Part shown: positions 22,301 through 32,412 of the stretch, in pieces | Numbering within the stretch: the stretch's first letter is position 1 | Layout: each line of letters begins with the position of its first letter | The notes under the pieces: generated by a model | Database searches by the model: none | What the model saw: only the letters and a program-made list of their open reading frames with translations | What the model was told of the DNA's origin: nothing | Source: an uncultured Nitrospiraceae bacterium | Lineage (GTDB): Bacteria; Nitrospirota; Nitrospiria; Nitrospirales; Nitrospiraceae | Assembly: GCA_963730935.1 (NCBI GenBank) | Contig: CAVSTP010000002.1 | Location: 64,001 to 128,000 of the forward strand | Reading direction: 5' to 3' | DNA length: 64,000 nt | Made by a program: the position numbers and the translations under genes

Positions 22301-22397
22301 AACGTCCTCCCATTGGAATATCACCCTGGAAGAAGTGCCGAGGATCGGACGCTTCAGGGCGGCGTGCGATCCAGTCGTGTTTTGTTCGAAGGAGGGC

Positions 22398-22427
22398 ACC
22401 TTAGCAGGCCAATTTTATGCAAGTCAA
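22398..22427 (-). promoter_or_regulatory. Sigma70-type promoter for folD-metF-panB
   Basis: TTGACT-N18-TAAGGT with extended TGn; implies a leader of about 90 nt. Confidence 0.55.
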
Positions 22428-22552
22428 CGCCGTGACCGACACCGCGTGCACGCGAGGTCATTTGCCAATTCCTTGACACATTCTCCGCTTGACGGCTACG
22501 ATGATTTGATGTGCATCGCAAGCCTGGCAGACCATCTCCCCGCCGTCTCTCT

Positions 22553-23542
22553 ATGATCCGTCGCTTTTTTTATCTCTGTCTTGGCACTGCAGCGCTGTGC
22601 CTGACCGTGCTGCCGTGCGAGGTCTGGGCGCAGATCACGGTAACCAATCTCCAAACTCCCTACAGCTTCGTCAGCAGCAGCTCGGGGAAGGAATATTTTA
22701 TTTCGAGCGTCAATGGCGACCCGGAAGCTGCCGACAATAACGGCTTCATCACCAAACTCGATGGAAGCGGAAAGATCCTCAATTTTAAGTTCATTCAAGG
22801 CGGCACGGACGGTATTACGCTCAACGCCCCAAAGGGAATGGCGGTGGTCGAGCAGACCTTGTACGTTGCCGACCTGGACCAACTGCGGGCGTTTGATATG
22901 GTCAGCGGGAAGCCCATTGCCTCCATTTCAATGGCTACCTCGCCCGGCCAAGCCCCGGTAGGCCTGACCGACGTCGTCTACGACGGAACAGGACGGCTGT
23001 ATTGCTCCGATCAGCATGCGAATCGAATCTATCGGGTCGAACTGCCTTCGAGAAAAGTGACGCTCCTCGTCGCCGATCCGGCGCTAGCGGGTCCGGCCGG
23101 CTTGGCCGTTCATCCGAAATCCGGCGAGCTCATCGCCGTGAGTTGGGACAAGGGGAAGATCTTTGGCATCACACCAGATGGCGCGGTGTCTGAAATCTTT
23201 TCCAACGGATTTTTTTCCAGCCGCTTCGCCAACCTGCGCGGAGTCGACTTCGATCGGTGGGGCAACATGTACGTATCTGATTTCACCACAGGCAAGGTCT
23301 GGCGGATGACCTGGGACAAACGCTTTCAAGTCATTGCCGAGTATCTGCCTTCGCCGGGCGATCTCGGCATCGACCGCACCAACAATCTGATCCTAGTCCC
23401 CTATGAACTTGCGCATGCGGCTGAAATGAACGGCCTTGAGGCGCCCAGCGACGGCAAATCCAAACAGGAAAAACGTACGCTGGCCGATTACGGGTTCATT
23501 CCTCCACCGCCCAAGCCGACGGAAGGCCGGGAAAAGAAATGA
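22553..23542 (+). CDS. Exported beta-propeller protein (SMP-30/gluconolactonase-like)
   Basis: Signal peptide; repeated blades LNAPKGMAV, LYVAD, PAGLAV, GNMYVSD. Confidence 0.7.
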   Translation: MIRRFFYLCLGTAALCLTVLPCEVWAQITVTNLQTPYSFVSSSSGKEYFISSVNGDPEAADNNGFITKLDGSGKILNFKFIQGGTDGITLNAPKGMAVVEQTLYVADLDQLRAFDMVSGKPIASISMATSPGQAPVGLTDVVYDGTGRLYCSDQHANRIYRVELPSRKVTLLVADPALAGPAGLAVHPKSGELIAVSWDKGKIFGITPDGAVSEIFSNGFFSSRFANLRGVDFDRWGNMYVSDFTTGKVWRMTWDKRFQVIAEYLPSPGDLGIDRTNNLILVPYELAHAAEMNGLEAPSDGKSKQEKRTLADYGFIPPPPKPTEGREKK

Positions 23543-24237
23543 GCGAGTGCGCCTATTGCAAACAGCGCAAGGGTAAGCGGCCTTGTCCGGCCTTGGGAGT
23601 CATCTGCAGCGTCTGTTGCGGCGAACATCGGATCGTCCGGGTCGCGTGCCCCCCGGACTGCACCTACCTCGGCGCCGGTAGCGAGTACCAGCAAAAGCGC
23701 TTGAGCGAACAGTTCATGCCCCTTCGGCGGGATTTCTACCGGGAAATCGGCGAAGCCGGCGGTGAGAAAGCGGTGGCGCTCTACAATCTGATCGAGGTCG
23801 TTACGTTCAGCTACTTCCAAGGACGGCGGGACGGTCAAGACGCAGAGGTGGTGACGGCGATTCAGGCCTTGCGACGAACGTTGAGCCCGCTGCATGTGCC
23901 CTCGTCCCCAATGCCCGTCTTCGCGGAACATCTCAAAAAAGAATACGAGAGCTTTAGAAGACAGAACCCGCAGCAGATCGCCGACGCGTCAACGGCGCCC
24001 GATGTCCTCGATCGGGCCCTGAAATTCGTGTCGGACTTCTCCGGACAGGTTTTTCAGTCGCAACGGTATTTGAGCGGCCTCATCGGGTATGTGAAGGCCT
24101 ACCACCCGGATATCGCGGCCCATCTCACGAAGCAGCAACAGGCAGGCCACATTGTCCTGCCCGGCCAATCGTTTATGCCACCCTCTGCGCCCGAGCCACA
24201 CACACACGGGCCCGGATGCGAACACCATCATCATTGA
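23539..24237 (+). CDS. Hypothetical protein with Cys-rich N-terminus and His-rich C-terminus
   Basis: CAYC...RPCPALGVICSVCCG...CPPDC; ends HTHGPGCEHHHH; ATGA overlap with the upstream gene. Confidence 0.8.
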   Translation: MSECAYCKQRKGKRPCPALGVICSVCCGEHRIVRVACPPDCTYLGAGSEYQQKRLSEQFMPLRRDFYREIGEAGGEKAVALYNLIEVVTFSYFQGRRDGQDAEVVTAIQALRRTLSPLHVPSSPMPVFAEHLKKEYESFRRQNPQQIADASTAPDVLDRALKFVSDFSGQVFQSQRYLSGLIGYVKAYHPDIAAHLTKQQQAGHIVLPGQSFMPPSAPEPHTHGPGCEHHHH

Positions 24238-24262
24238 CCGGAACAGCCGCGGAATCGAACCG

Positions 24263-24583
24263 ATGGGAGTTGAGAAAGAAAAGAAGGTTCGGAGGTCGAG
24301 GCGGGTCGACCTCAAATGCGAGCTGGGATTCTCCTCCGACGAGATCGAAGGGGAAGCGCATGTCACGAACATTTCGACGGGCGGATGCCGTGCAGAATCG
24401 GAGGTTAACGTCGCAGTGGGACTGCAGTTTGTGGTACTGCTTCACCTGCCGGCGCAAAGCCCGCTCAAGATCGAGCGGGCCGCCGTTCGATGGGTGAAGG
24501 GCAATGCGTTTGGATTGAGCTTCATGCTCTTCCTACCTTCCGAACGGGCAAAACTTCAGAAATATCTCGATACTCTCACTTAG
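24263..24583 (+). CDS. Single-domain PilZ protein
   Basis: RRSRR (RxxxR) and NISTGG (D/NxSxxG) c-di-GMP-binding motifs; VRW...FGLSF. Confidence 0.85.
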   Translation: MGVEKEKKVRRSRRVDLKCELGFSSDEIEGEAHVTNISTGGCRAESEVNVAVGLQFVVLLHLPAQSPLKIERAAVRWVKGNAFGLSFMLFLPSERAKLQKYLDTLT

Positions 24584-24597
24584 CTTCGGCGACCTTT

Positions 24598-25239
24598 TCA
24601 CTCCAGGATTATGACGGTCATTTCGATCCGATCGTTTGGCAGATCTTGTTCATTTCTCGGAAGACCGACGATCTTGTCGGCAATGCCCAAACCCTTGGTC
24701 ACTTCGCCGAACACCGTATATTTGCGATCGAGAAAGAACGAATCTTCTACGACGATGAAAAATTGCGAGCCGGCCGTATCCGGCTCGCTTGCCCGGGCCA
24801 TCGACACGATGCCGCGCTTGTGGGGTGTTTCGGAAAATTCCGCCTTCAAGAGAATCGGATGGCCTTTTTCATCTTTCGGGCCGCCCTGTCCGAACGTCTC
24901 TTTCCTGAGCGAGTTTTTTGTGTTCGGATCGCCTCCCTGAATCATAAAGCCCGGGATGATTCGATGAAAAATCGTCCCGTTGTAAAACCCTGCCTTGGCC
25001 AGCTTGATGAAGTTCTCCACATGCTTCGGAGCGAGGTCGGGGAAGAATTTCATCTCCATTTCACCAAATCTGGTCTTGATGATGGCTTTCGGCCCCGGGG
25101 GTGGAGGCGGAGGAACCACCACCTTGGTATCGACTTTTCCTCCACATCCGGCGAGCACGCCCACGGCCATCAACGCGCACACCAGGGCGGCGCTCCTTCT
25201 TGGGAGTGCTGTGGTTCCAGTGGCAAGCGGTCTGAGCAT
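24598..25239 (-). CDS. Cyclophilin-type peptidyl-prolyl isomerase, lipoprotein
   Basis: Lipobox VLAGC, poly-Pro linker, FHRIIPGFMIQGGDP, SMAR, AGSQFFI. Confidence 0.92.
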   Translation of the reverse strand: MLRPLATGTTALPRRSAALVCALMAVGVLAGCGGKVDTKVVVPPPPPPGPKAIIKTRFGEMEMKFFPDLAPKHVENFIKLAKAGFYNGTIFHRIIPGFMIQGGDPNTKNSLRKETFGQGGPKDEKGHPILLKAEFSETPHKRGIVSMARASEPDTAGSQFFIVVEDSFFLDRKYTVFGEVTKGLGIADKIVGLPRNEQDLPNDRIEMTVIILE

Positions 25240-25241
25240 GT

Positions 25242-25829
25242 CTATTCGACGGCCACCGTAATTTCTACACGCTCATTGGGAAGGTCATTACGAGGATTTC
25301 TCGGAAGGTTGACGATCTTATCCGCCACGTCCATCCCCTTCACCACCTCTCCAAACACGGTGTATTGGCTATCGAGGAAGTTGGAATCTTTGACGACAAT
25401 GAAGAACTGAGAGCCGGCGCTGTTTGGATCGTTGCTCCGAGCCATAGAGACGATCCCCCGGCGATGCGGCGTGTCATTGAATTCGGCTTTGAGTTTTTCA
25501 CTGGGGCCGCCCATCCCATAGGTCTCCGGCTTCTTCGGATCCTTCGTATTGGGGTCACCCCCTTGAATCATGAAGCCGGGTATCACTCGATGGAAAATGG
25601 TTCCGTTGTAATAGCCCGACTTGGCCAGCTTGACGAAATTCTGAACATGATTCGGCGCCTTGTCGGGGAAGAACACGATCTCCATGTCTCCGAATTTCGT
25701 CTTGATCACGGCTTTGGACGTCTTGCCGGCGGCGCCGTCTGCGGCATGCAGCACCGCTGCACCGGGAACCCCTAGCGTGCTCATCAGCAGGCACAGGCCG
25801 AATGCGAACAAGATCTTCCGTCTAGCCAT
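25242..25829 (-). CDS. Cyclophilin-type peptidyl-prolyl isomerase, exported
   Basis: Signal peptide; FHRVIPGFMIQGGDP, SAGSQFFI, YTVFGEV. Confidence 0.93.
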   Translation of the reverse strand: MARRKILFAFGLCLLMSTLGVPGAAVLHAADGAAGKTSKAVIKTKFGDMEIVFFPDKAPNHVQNFVKLAKSGYYNGTIFHRVIPGFMIQGGDPNTKDPKKPETYGMGGPSEKLKAEFNDTPHRRGIVSMARSNDPNSAGSQFFIVVKDSNFLDSQYTVFGEVVKGMDVADKIVNLPRNPRNDLPNERVEITVAVE

Positions 25830-25888
25830 CTCAGCGTCCTCCTTTGTGGATCTTTTGTGAGTGATATCTTACCACGGCTCAACGGCCC

Positions 25889-26596
25889 TCACGGACGGCC
25901 TTCTTGCAAGGCTTGCTTTGCCGCCGATTGTTCTGCTTCTTTCTTGCTGCGTCCCGTTCCTCTGCCGACCACTTCTCCGTTGACGCTCACTTCGACCTCA
26001 AAGACCTTGTCATGGTCCGGTCCCGACTCTCGAACCACCGCATAGGACGGAAGGCTGTCGAACCGTCGCTGACACCACTCCTGGACTTGAGTTTTGTAAT
26101 CGTCCTCACCGGGGCGATGTTGCTGACTAGCAACCTGCGAGAACTCGTGCTCGAATAGCCTGGCCACGACGCGGCGTGAAGACTCGAGGCCGCCGTCGAC
26201 GTGCACCGCAGCGATCACGGCTTCCACGGCATCGGCAAGCAGCGAGTCTTTTTCGCGGCCTTTCGAAAGCTCCTCGCCCCGTCCGAGTCTAAGGCAAGAT
26301 CCCAGCTTGAGACGTCTCGCGACACCAGCCAACATCGACTCGCTGACGAGTCGGGCCTTATGCTTAGAGAGGGCACCTTCCGGCGAGTGCGGCAGCAGCG
26401 TCGCCAGCTGTTCGCTCACCACCAGGGAGAGTACGGCGTCACCGAGAAACTCCAGTCGTTCGTTGTCGGACGCTGCGACAGATCGTTGCTCATTCACGTA
26501 GGATTTGTGCGTCAACGCCTCTTCCAGCAAACGGGAATTGCAGAACTGGTAGTCGAGCGCGGATTGAAGGGCATCAAGCGGCGGCGCCGGTGTCAT
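25889..26596 (-). CDS. rnc: Ribonuclease III
   Basis: ALTHKS, NERLEFLGDAVL, C-terminal dsRBD (GRSKKEAEQ). Confidence 0.97.
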   Translation of the reverse strand: MTPAPPLDALQSALDYQFCNSRLLEEALTHKSYVNEQRSVAASDNERLEFLGDAVLSLVVSEQLATLLPHSPEGALSKHKARLVSESMLAGVARRLKLGSCLRLGRGEELSKGREKDSLLADAVEAVIAAVHVDGGLESSRRVVARLFEHEFSQVASQQHRPGEDDYKTQVQEWCQRRFDSLPSYAVVRESGPDHDKVFEVEVSVNGEVVGRGTGRSKKEAEQSAAKQALQEGRP

Positions 26597-26622
26597 CGAG
26601 CGAGCACCTTGGAGGTGAAGCG

Positions 26623-27873
26623 TCAGACGTCGGGCTTTTTGAAGAGCAGGCAGGCATTGACCCCGCCGAATCCGAACGAGTTCGACAGCACGACGTTGAC
26701 CGCCGCCGGCCTAGCCTTGTGCGGAACATAGTCGAGGTCGCATTCGGGATCGGGATTGTCCAAATTGATCGTCGGCGGCAGGATGCCGTGGTGAATCGCC
26801 AGGATGCTGAACACGGCTTCGATCCCGCCGGCAGCGCCGAGCAAGTGACCCGTCATCGATTTCGTGGAGCTGACCGGAATCCGCGCGGCCCGGTCGCCGA
26901 AGACCTGTTTGATCGCCTTCGTCTCGATGACATCCGCCATGGTAGAAGTGCCGTGCGCATTGATATAGCTGACCTGATCTTTGGTAATACCGGCATCTGC
27001 GATGACCAACTCCATGCAGCGCACCGCGCCTTCGCCCTCTTCAGAAGGAGCGGTGATGTGATACGCGTCGCTGTTCATGCCGTACCCAATCAACTCGGCA
27101 TAGACACGAACTCCGCGGCGCCGGGCGTGCTCCAACTCTTCCAGCACGATGACACCCGCACCCTCGCCGAGCACGAACCCGTCTCTGTCCTTATCGAACG
27201 GGCGGCTGGCTTTGGTCGGTTCGTCGTTACGGAACGAGAGCGCTTTCGAGGCGGCAAAGCCGGCTACGCCGAGGGTCGTGATCGCCGCTTCGGCACCACC
27301 GGCGACCATCACGTCGGCATCGCCCCGCTGAATGAGCCTGAACGCATCGCCGATGCAATGATTGCCCGTCGCGCAGGCCGTCACCGCACAAGAATTGGGG
27401 CCCTTGGCGCCCAACCGGATCGCGACCTGTCCAGACGCCAGATTGATGATCGTCATGGGAATGAAGAAGGGTGAGACGCGGCCGGGACCTTTGTCTTTGA
27501 GGACGGTGTGATAGTGCTCGATGGATCCGAGCCCGCCGATCCCCGACCCGATGTAGACGCCGACCTTGGTCGCCACTTCCGGTGATACTTTTAAACCTGC
27601 ATCATCCACGGCCAATTGAGCAGCGCCGACGGCGTAGTGGATGAAGGCATCCATCTTCTTGATGTCTTTTTTCTCGATGAACTGGGCCGGATCGAAATCT
27701 TTGACCTCACCGGCAATTTGGGCGTCATACCCGGCAGGATCGAACTTGGTGATCCGGCCGATCCCCGACTGGCCGGCACAGATCGCCTTCCATGTCTTGT
27801 CTACGCCGGTCCCGAGCGGGGTCACGACCCCCAGGCCAGTGACGACGATGCGTCTCTTCGCACGATCAGTCAT
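26623..27873 (-). CDS. fabF: 3-oxoacyl-ACP synthase II
   Basis: [30 protein letters not shown]. Confidence 0.97.
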   Translation of the reverse strand: MTDRAKRRIVVTGLGVVTPLGTGVDKTWKAICAGQSGIGRITKFDPAGYDAQIAGEVKDFDPAQFIEKKDIKKMDAFIHYAVGAAQLAVDDAGLKVSPEVATKVGVYIGSGIGGLGSIEHYHTVLKDKGPGRVSPFFIPMTIINLASGQVAIRLGAKGPNSCAVTACATGNHCIGDAFRLIQRGDADVMVAGGAEAAITTLGVAGFAASKALSFRNDEPTKASRPFDKDRDGFVLGEGAGVIVLEELEHARRRGVRVYAELIGYGMNSDAYHITAPSEEGEGAVRCMELVIADAGITKDQVSYINAHGTSTMADVIETKAIKQVFGDRAARIPVSSTKSMTGHLLGAAGGIEAVFSILAIHHGILPPTINLDNPDPECDLDYVPHKARPAAVNVVLSNSFGFGGVNACLLFKKPDV

Positions 27874-27888
27874 CGATGCGTCCAGAAG

Positions 27889-28122
27889 CTAGGCTTTTTC
27901 CTTGATGTAATCGAGAGCTTTGCCTACCGTGAGAATCTTCTCGGCGTCCTCGTCTGGAATCTCGATGCCGAATTCTTCTTCGAGCGCCATGACAAGCTCA
28001 ACAGTATCCAACGAGTCCGCCCCGAGGTCTTCGACGAAACTCGCCTCGGACGTCACTTCATCTTCCTCAACTCCGAGCTGCTCCGCGATAATTTTCTTCA
28101 CCCGTTCGTCTACTGTAGCCAT
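27889..28122 (-). CDS. acpP: Acyl carrier protein
   Basis: [20 protein letters not shown]. Confidence 0.98.
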   Translation of the reverse strand: MATVDERVKKIIAEQLGVEEDEVTSEASFVEDLGADSLDTVELVMALEEEFGIEIPDEDAEKILTVGKALDYIKEKA

Positions 28123-28190
28123 AAACGTGCTGTCCTCCTTCCAGATCGTGTCGGTTCCTCGGCGGTCTTGTCTTCCGCCGCTAGTCCTTA

Positions 28191-28934
28191 TCAGGACATG
28201 AGCATCCCACCATTGACGTGCAGCACATGACCCGTAATATATGCTGCGTCTTCAGAGACAAGAAAGCGAACGGCATTCGCGATATCGGCCGGAGTACCCA
28301 GCCTCGCAAGAGGGATTTGTTTTTGAAGCGCTTCCTTGACGTCGGTCGACAACCCTTGCGTCATAGCCGTGTCGATGAATCCGGGCGCTACAGCATTCAC
28401 GGTCACATTCCTGCTGGCGTATTCCCGCGCAACCGTCTTCGTAAACCCGATGACGGCCGCCTTCGAGGCGGCATAGTTGGCCTGGCCGACATTCCCCATC
28501 GCCCCGACGATGGAGGCAATATTGACTATCCGACCATAGCGCTGTTTGGTCATGGGCTGCAAGACCGCCTTCGTGCAGTGAAATGTGCCGTTCAAGTTGA
28601 CCTGAAGCACCAGGTTCCAGTCCTCTTCCTTCATTCTCAGTAGCAAGCCGTCCCGCGTTATCCCCGCATTGTTGACCAAAATATCGATCTTCCCCCAATC
28701 CTTGAGGATCTGCTCCGCCATCGCCTTCGTGTCGTTGGCGTCGGCGACGTTCACTTTCAGGTTGAGGGCTTTCCTTCCCGCTTTTTCAACGGCCGCCACC
28801 GTTTCCTTGGACCGCGTCGGATCGAGATCGGCGACCACGATGTCCGCCCCGGCCCCGGCCAATGTTTCCGCGATGGCACGGCCGATGCCCTGTGCCGCGC
28901 CTGTGACGATTGCTACTCGTCCCTGCAATAACAT
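28191..28934 (-). CDS. fabG: 3-oxoacyl-ACP reductase
   Basis: [21 protein letters not shown]; fab operon context. Confidence 0.96.
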   Translation of the reverse strand: MLLQGRVAIVTGAAQGIGRAIAETLAGAGADIVVADLDPTRSKETVAAVEKAGRKALNLKVNVADANDTKAMAEQILKDWGKIDILVNNAGITRDGLLLRMKEEDWNLVLQVNLNGTFHCTKAVLQPMTKQRYGRIVNIASIVGAMGNVGQANYAASKAAVIGFTKTVAREYASRNVTVNAVAPGFIDTAMTQGLSTDVKEALQKQIPLARLGTPADIANAVRFLVSEDAAYITGHVLHVNGGMLMS

Positions 28935-28950
28935 GCCCGCTCCTTCGTTC

Positions 28951-29889
28951 TTACAAACTCAAGGCAGCCCGCGTGGCCTCCAACGATTTCGGATCGTTTA
29001 CATTCAGAGTTGTCGCGTCCGGTGCAATCCGTCGGATCAATCCGGTCAGAACGGTCCCTGGACCGATCTCGACAAACGTCTTCACCCCCATGGCTGCCAT
29101 GGCCTTGACCGAATCTTCCCACAGCACTGACGACGGGAGTTGCCGCACGAGCGAGGCCTGAATATCAGCGGCCTTCACGATCGGCTTGGCTTCTGCATTG
29201 TTGATTAACGGCATGCGAAGGTCAGTCCAGGCGATTGACGCGAGAGCAGCCGCCAGACGGTCGGCGGCTTTCTGCATCAGCGGTGTATGCACCGGAACAC
29301 TCACCGGCAACGGCACGGCTTTCTTACATCCCTTGGTCTTGGCAATTTCGATGGCCCGTTCCACAGCTGCTTTTTCGCCGGCAATGACAACCTGACCGGG
29401 CGAATTGAAATTGGCGGCTTGAACCACCCCGGCCGACGCCGCTTCACGGCAGGCTTCTTTCACCGCTTCAGCAGCCAGCCCCAGCAAGGCCGCCACCGCT
29501 CCTGTTCCGGCAGGCACCGCCTCGGACATATACCGTCCACGCTTCTGCACAATGGCCACGGCATCCCGGAATGTCAGGCCCCCGGCTGCGACCAGCGCCG
29601 TATACTCCCCCAGACTATGTCCTGCGACCGCCGCCGGCGTGATCGTCGTAGGATGCAACGCCCTCAGCGCGGCGACACTCGAGACCAACAACGCCGGCTG
29701 GGTATGTTCCGTGAGATTGAGCGTTTCTGCAGGCCCGTTGAAACAGAGAGCGGCGATGTCGTAGCCCAGGACTGCCGAAGCCTCCTCGTAGATCTGCGTG
29801 AGGTGAGGGAAGGCATCACAGAGCGCTTTACCCATCCCTACGGACTGCGATCCCTGCCCGGGAAATACGAAGCCGACACCTGAATTCAT
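28951..29889 (-). CDS. fabD: Malonyl-CoA:ACP transacylase
   Basis: FPGQGSQ, GHSLGEY, NFNSPGQ. Confidence 0.96.
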   Translation of the reverse strand: MNSGVGFVFPGQGSQSVGMGKALCDAFPHLTQIYEEASAVLGYDIAALCFNGPAETLNLTEHTQPALLVSSVAALRALHPTTITPAAVAGHSLGEYTALVAAGGLTFRDAVAIVQKRGRYMSEAVPAGTGAVAALLGLAAEAVKEACREAASAGVVQAANFNSPGQVVIAGEKAAVERAIEIAKTKGCKKAVPLPVSVPVHTPLMQKAADRLAAALASIAWTDLRMPLINNAEAKPIVKAADIQASLVRQLPSSVLWEDSVKAMAAMGVKTFVEIGPGTVLTGLIRRIAPDATTLNVNDPKSLEATRAALSL

Positions 29890-29980
29890 AAGGGGCTAGA
29901 TATCTTCGAAATGCCTTGGAAAGTCAACGAGAAAAGTTCCAGAAACCGTCCAAAATCCGTAAGCGACTTCGCACGTCTCG

Positions 29981-30955
29981 CTACCATCTGATCAACGCCG
30001 AGGCCCAGGTGAGCCCGGCGCCGAACGCGCCAAGCATGACCAGAGAGCCTTCCGTGATCCGCCCCTGTCGTACCGCCTCATCAAGCGCGATAGGTATCGA
30101 GGCTGCCGACGTGTTGCCGTACCGGTCCAAGTTCAACATGACCTTTTCCAGCGGCAAGCCCAGGCGATCCACTACCGCCTTGAGGATGCGTGCATTGGCC
30201 TGATGGGGCACATACAGGTCGAGATCGGCGACGGTCACATTGTTGGCTGCAAGGGTCTCGCGCGCGATCTCTTCCAGCGTGCGCACCGCCACCTTAAACG
30301 TCTCGTTGCCCTTCATTTTGATGCAGTTCAGTTTTTCTGCGACGACTTTTTCGCACGGCGGCAACCGTGAGCCGCCACCTGGAACGGCAATCAACTCCCA
30401 GAGTGCGCCGTCGGACCGCAAGTGGGTCGAGAGGATGCCATCTGACCCCTCGCTGGCACTGACCACTGCAGCACCCGCCCCATCACCGAAGAGTACACAG
30501 GTGTTCCGGTCAGTCCAATCCGTAATCGCCGACATTACCTCGGATCCGACAACCAAGACATGTCGCATGCCTGTTCTGACATACGCATCCGCCATCGAAA
30601 GCGCATACACAAACCCGCAGCAAGCCGCAGCAAGATCGCAGGCCGCAGCTTTTGTGGCGCCCAATTGGTGTTGGATCAGGCAGGCGGTGGCCGGCAGCGG
30701 ATAATCACCCGTGCAGGTGGCGAGTAAAATCATGTCGAGATCCGCCGCGCTGATCCTTGCGGCGTCAAGCGCACGGCGGGCAGCTTTCACGGCGAGATCG
30801 GAACAGGCCTCTCCGGGACCGACCACATAGCGCGCCCGGATACCCGTGCGCTCGGTGATCCATTGATCCGACGTCGCCACCATGTTTTCCAAGTCGGCAT
30901 TGCTGAGAATTTTTGCCGGCACAGAGGAGCCGGTTCCTGTGATACGGCTCCTCAT
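29981..30955 (-). CDS. fabH: 3-oxoacyl-ACP synthase III
   Basis: AACCGF, LFGDGAG, PHQAN, GNTSAAS, FGAGLTW. Confidence 0.96.
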   Translation of the reverse strand: MRSRITGTGSSVPAKILSNADLENMVATSDQWITERTGIRARYVVGPGEACSDLAVKAARRALDAARISAADLDMILLATCTGDYPLPATACLIQHQLGATKAAACDLAAACCGFVYALSMADAYVRTGMRHVLVVGSEVMSAITDWTDRNTCVLFGDGAGAAVVSASEGSDGILSTHLRSDGALWELIAVPGGGSRLPPCEKVVAEKLNCIKMKGNETFKVAVRTLEEIARETLAANNVTVADLDLYVPHQANARILKAVVDRLGLPLEKVMLNLDRYGNTSAASIPIALDEAVRQGRITEGSLVMLGAFGAGLTWASALIRW

Positions 30956-31977
30956 ACGGAAGGTTCCTCGGCAGGGCGGCTCTGAGAAAGGCTCTCCTCG
31001 ATGTCGCGCTGAATGAGGGCATCCACATGGCTCTCAGCCAGTCCCTTGGCTCTGCGAATGGCATTCTTGATCGCCTTCGCGGACGAGCGTCCGTGACAGA
31101 TCATCGTGATCCCGTTGACTCCGAGCAATGGAGCACCGCCGAACTCGGCATAATCGATCCGGCGCTTCAGCTTCACCAATGGAGCGGCGATCAAGGGATA
31201 GGCTAGGCGCCCCAAAAACGATCCCGAGATTTCCTTGAACAACAACTTTTTGATGGTGTCGGCCACCCCTTCCGAAATCTTCAATGCCACATTTCCGATG
31301 AATCCGTCGCACACGACGACATCCGCGTTGCCGCTGTAGACATCACGGCCTTCGACGTTGCCGATGAAATTCAGGGGACTGCTCCGCAGCAGTTTGAAGG
31401 CCTCTTTGGTCACTTCGTTGCCCTTGCTGTCCTCCTCGCCGATGCTGAGGAGGCCGACGCGGGGATTCGGCTTCTTGAACAGATGTTGGCCGTATTCATT
31501 CCCCATGATGGCAAATTGCAGAAGATGCTGGGCAGTGCAATCCACGTTGGCGCCCACGTCCAGCATGATCGCTTCTCCGGTCAGGGTCGGCAGGCTGGCG
31601 GCGATGGCAGGACGCTCGACACCCTTGGTCAACCCGAGGATGAAGAACGATGCCACCATGCTGGCTCCGGTATTGCCAGGACTGACAACGGCTTGCGCAT
31701 CGCCGCTCTTGACCAACTCGGTGGCAATCCAGATGGACGAATCGCGTTTCTTGCGTGCGACAGCTGCCGGCGACTCGTGCATCTCTACGACCTGAGGCGC
31801 GTGCTTGATCGACAAGCGGCCATCCCTGCAGCCGAGACGGTGACATTCATCCGAAAGGACCTTTTCGTCGCCGACGAGGATGACTTCAATATTGAGTTCT
31901 TGTGCCGCCTGAAGGGCGCCCTCGATGCAGGGGGCTGGACCATGGTCTCCACCCATGGCGTCGAGAGCAATCTTCAT
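30952..31977 (-). CDS. plsX: Phosphate acyltransferase
   Basis: IALDAMGGD, DVGANVD, DGFIGN, HGRS. Confidence 0.96.
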   Translation of the reverse strand: MKIALDAMGGDHGPAPCIEGALQAAQELNIEVILVGDEKVLSDECHRLGCRDGRLSIKHAPQVVEMHESPAAVARKKRDSSIWIATELVKSGDAQAVVSPGNTGASMVASFFILGLTKGVERPAIAASLPTLTGEAIMLDVGANVDCTAQHLLQFAIMGNEYGQHLFKKPNPRVGLLSIGEEDSKGNEVTKEAFKLLRSSPLNFIGNVEGRDVYSGNADVVVCDGFIGNVALKISEGVADTIKKLLFKEISGSFLGRLAYPLIAAPLVKLKRRIDYAEFGGAPLLGVNGITMICHGRSSAKAIKNAIRRAKGLAESHVDALIQRDIEESLSQSRPAEEPSV

Positions 31978-32169
31978 AGCAGTGACATCCTCACAAGAGG
32001 GGCTGGAAACCCGCGTATAACCATGGCCCTTGCAGTCGTATGAGATGCGGCGAGAGCTTAGCGCAGTAGGGCAATTTTCACAACGGACGGGTACGGCGAC
32101 GGCGCACCGGACGCCCGACCGCTTCGAATGCGCTTCAGTCGAACGCCGAAGCCTGGGCGGGCGGACCGT

Positions 32170-32355
32170 TTAGACTTCTTCGACCTGAATGACGGCCTTG
32201 CCCTTATAGGTCCCGCAATTCAGACAGGTGTAATGGGGAAGCTTGAGTTCGTGACATTGCGGACAGACCGACATCCCCGGCGGGGTGACCCGCAGTTTCT
32301 GCGTCCGGCGCTTGTCGCGTCTGGCTCGTGAATGTTTATGCTTTGGATTGGGCAT
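32170..32355 (-). CDS. rpmF: 50S ribosomal protein L32
   Basis: MPNPKHKHSRARRDKRR, CPQC...CLNCG. Confidence 0.95.
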   Translation of the reverse strand: MPNPKHKHSRARRDKRRTQKLRVTPPGMSVCPQCHELKLPHYTCLNCGTYKGKAVIQVEEV

Positions 32356-32412
32356 GGTTCCTCCTCCAACAGCCGGTCATCAGGGGCCGTGTGACCTCCA
32401 TCGGCTGACTCA

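Noticed and set aside
22301..22395. ZTP, THF or SAH riboswitch assignment for the folD leader
   Set aside because: CGACTGG resembles the ZTP 5' motif, but the 3' GCC...GCCTGGGC hairpin is missing; THF and SAH consensus elements were not found.
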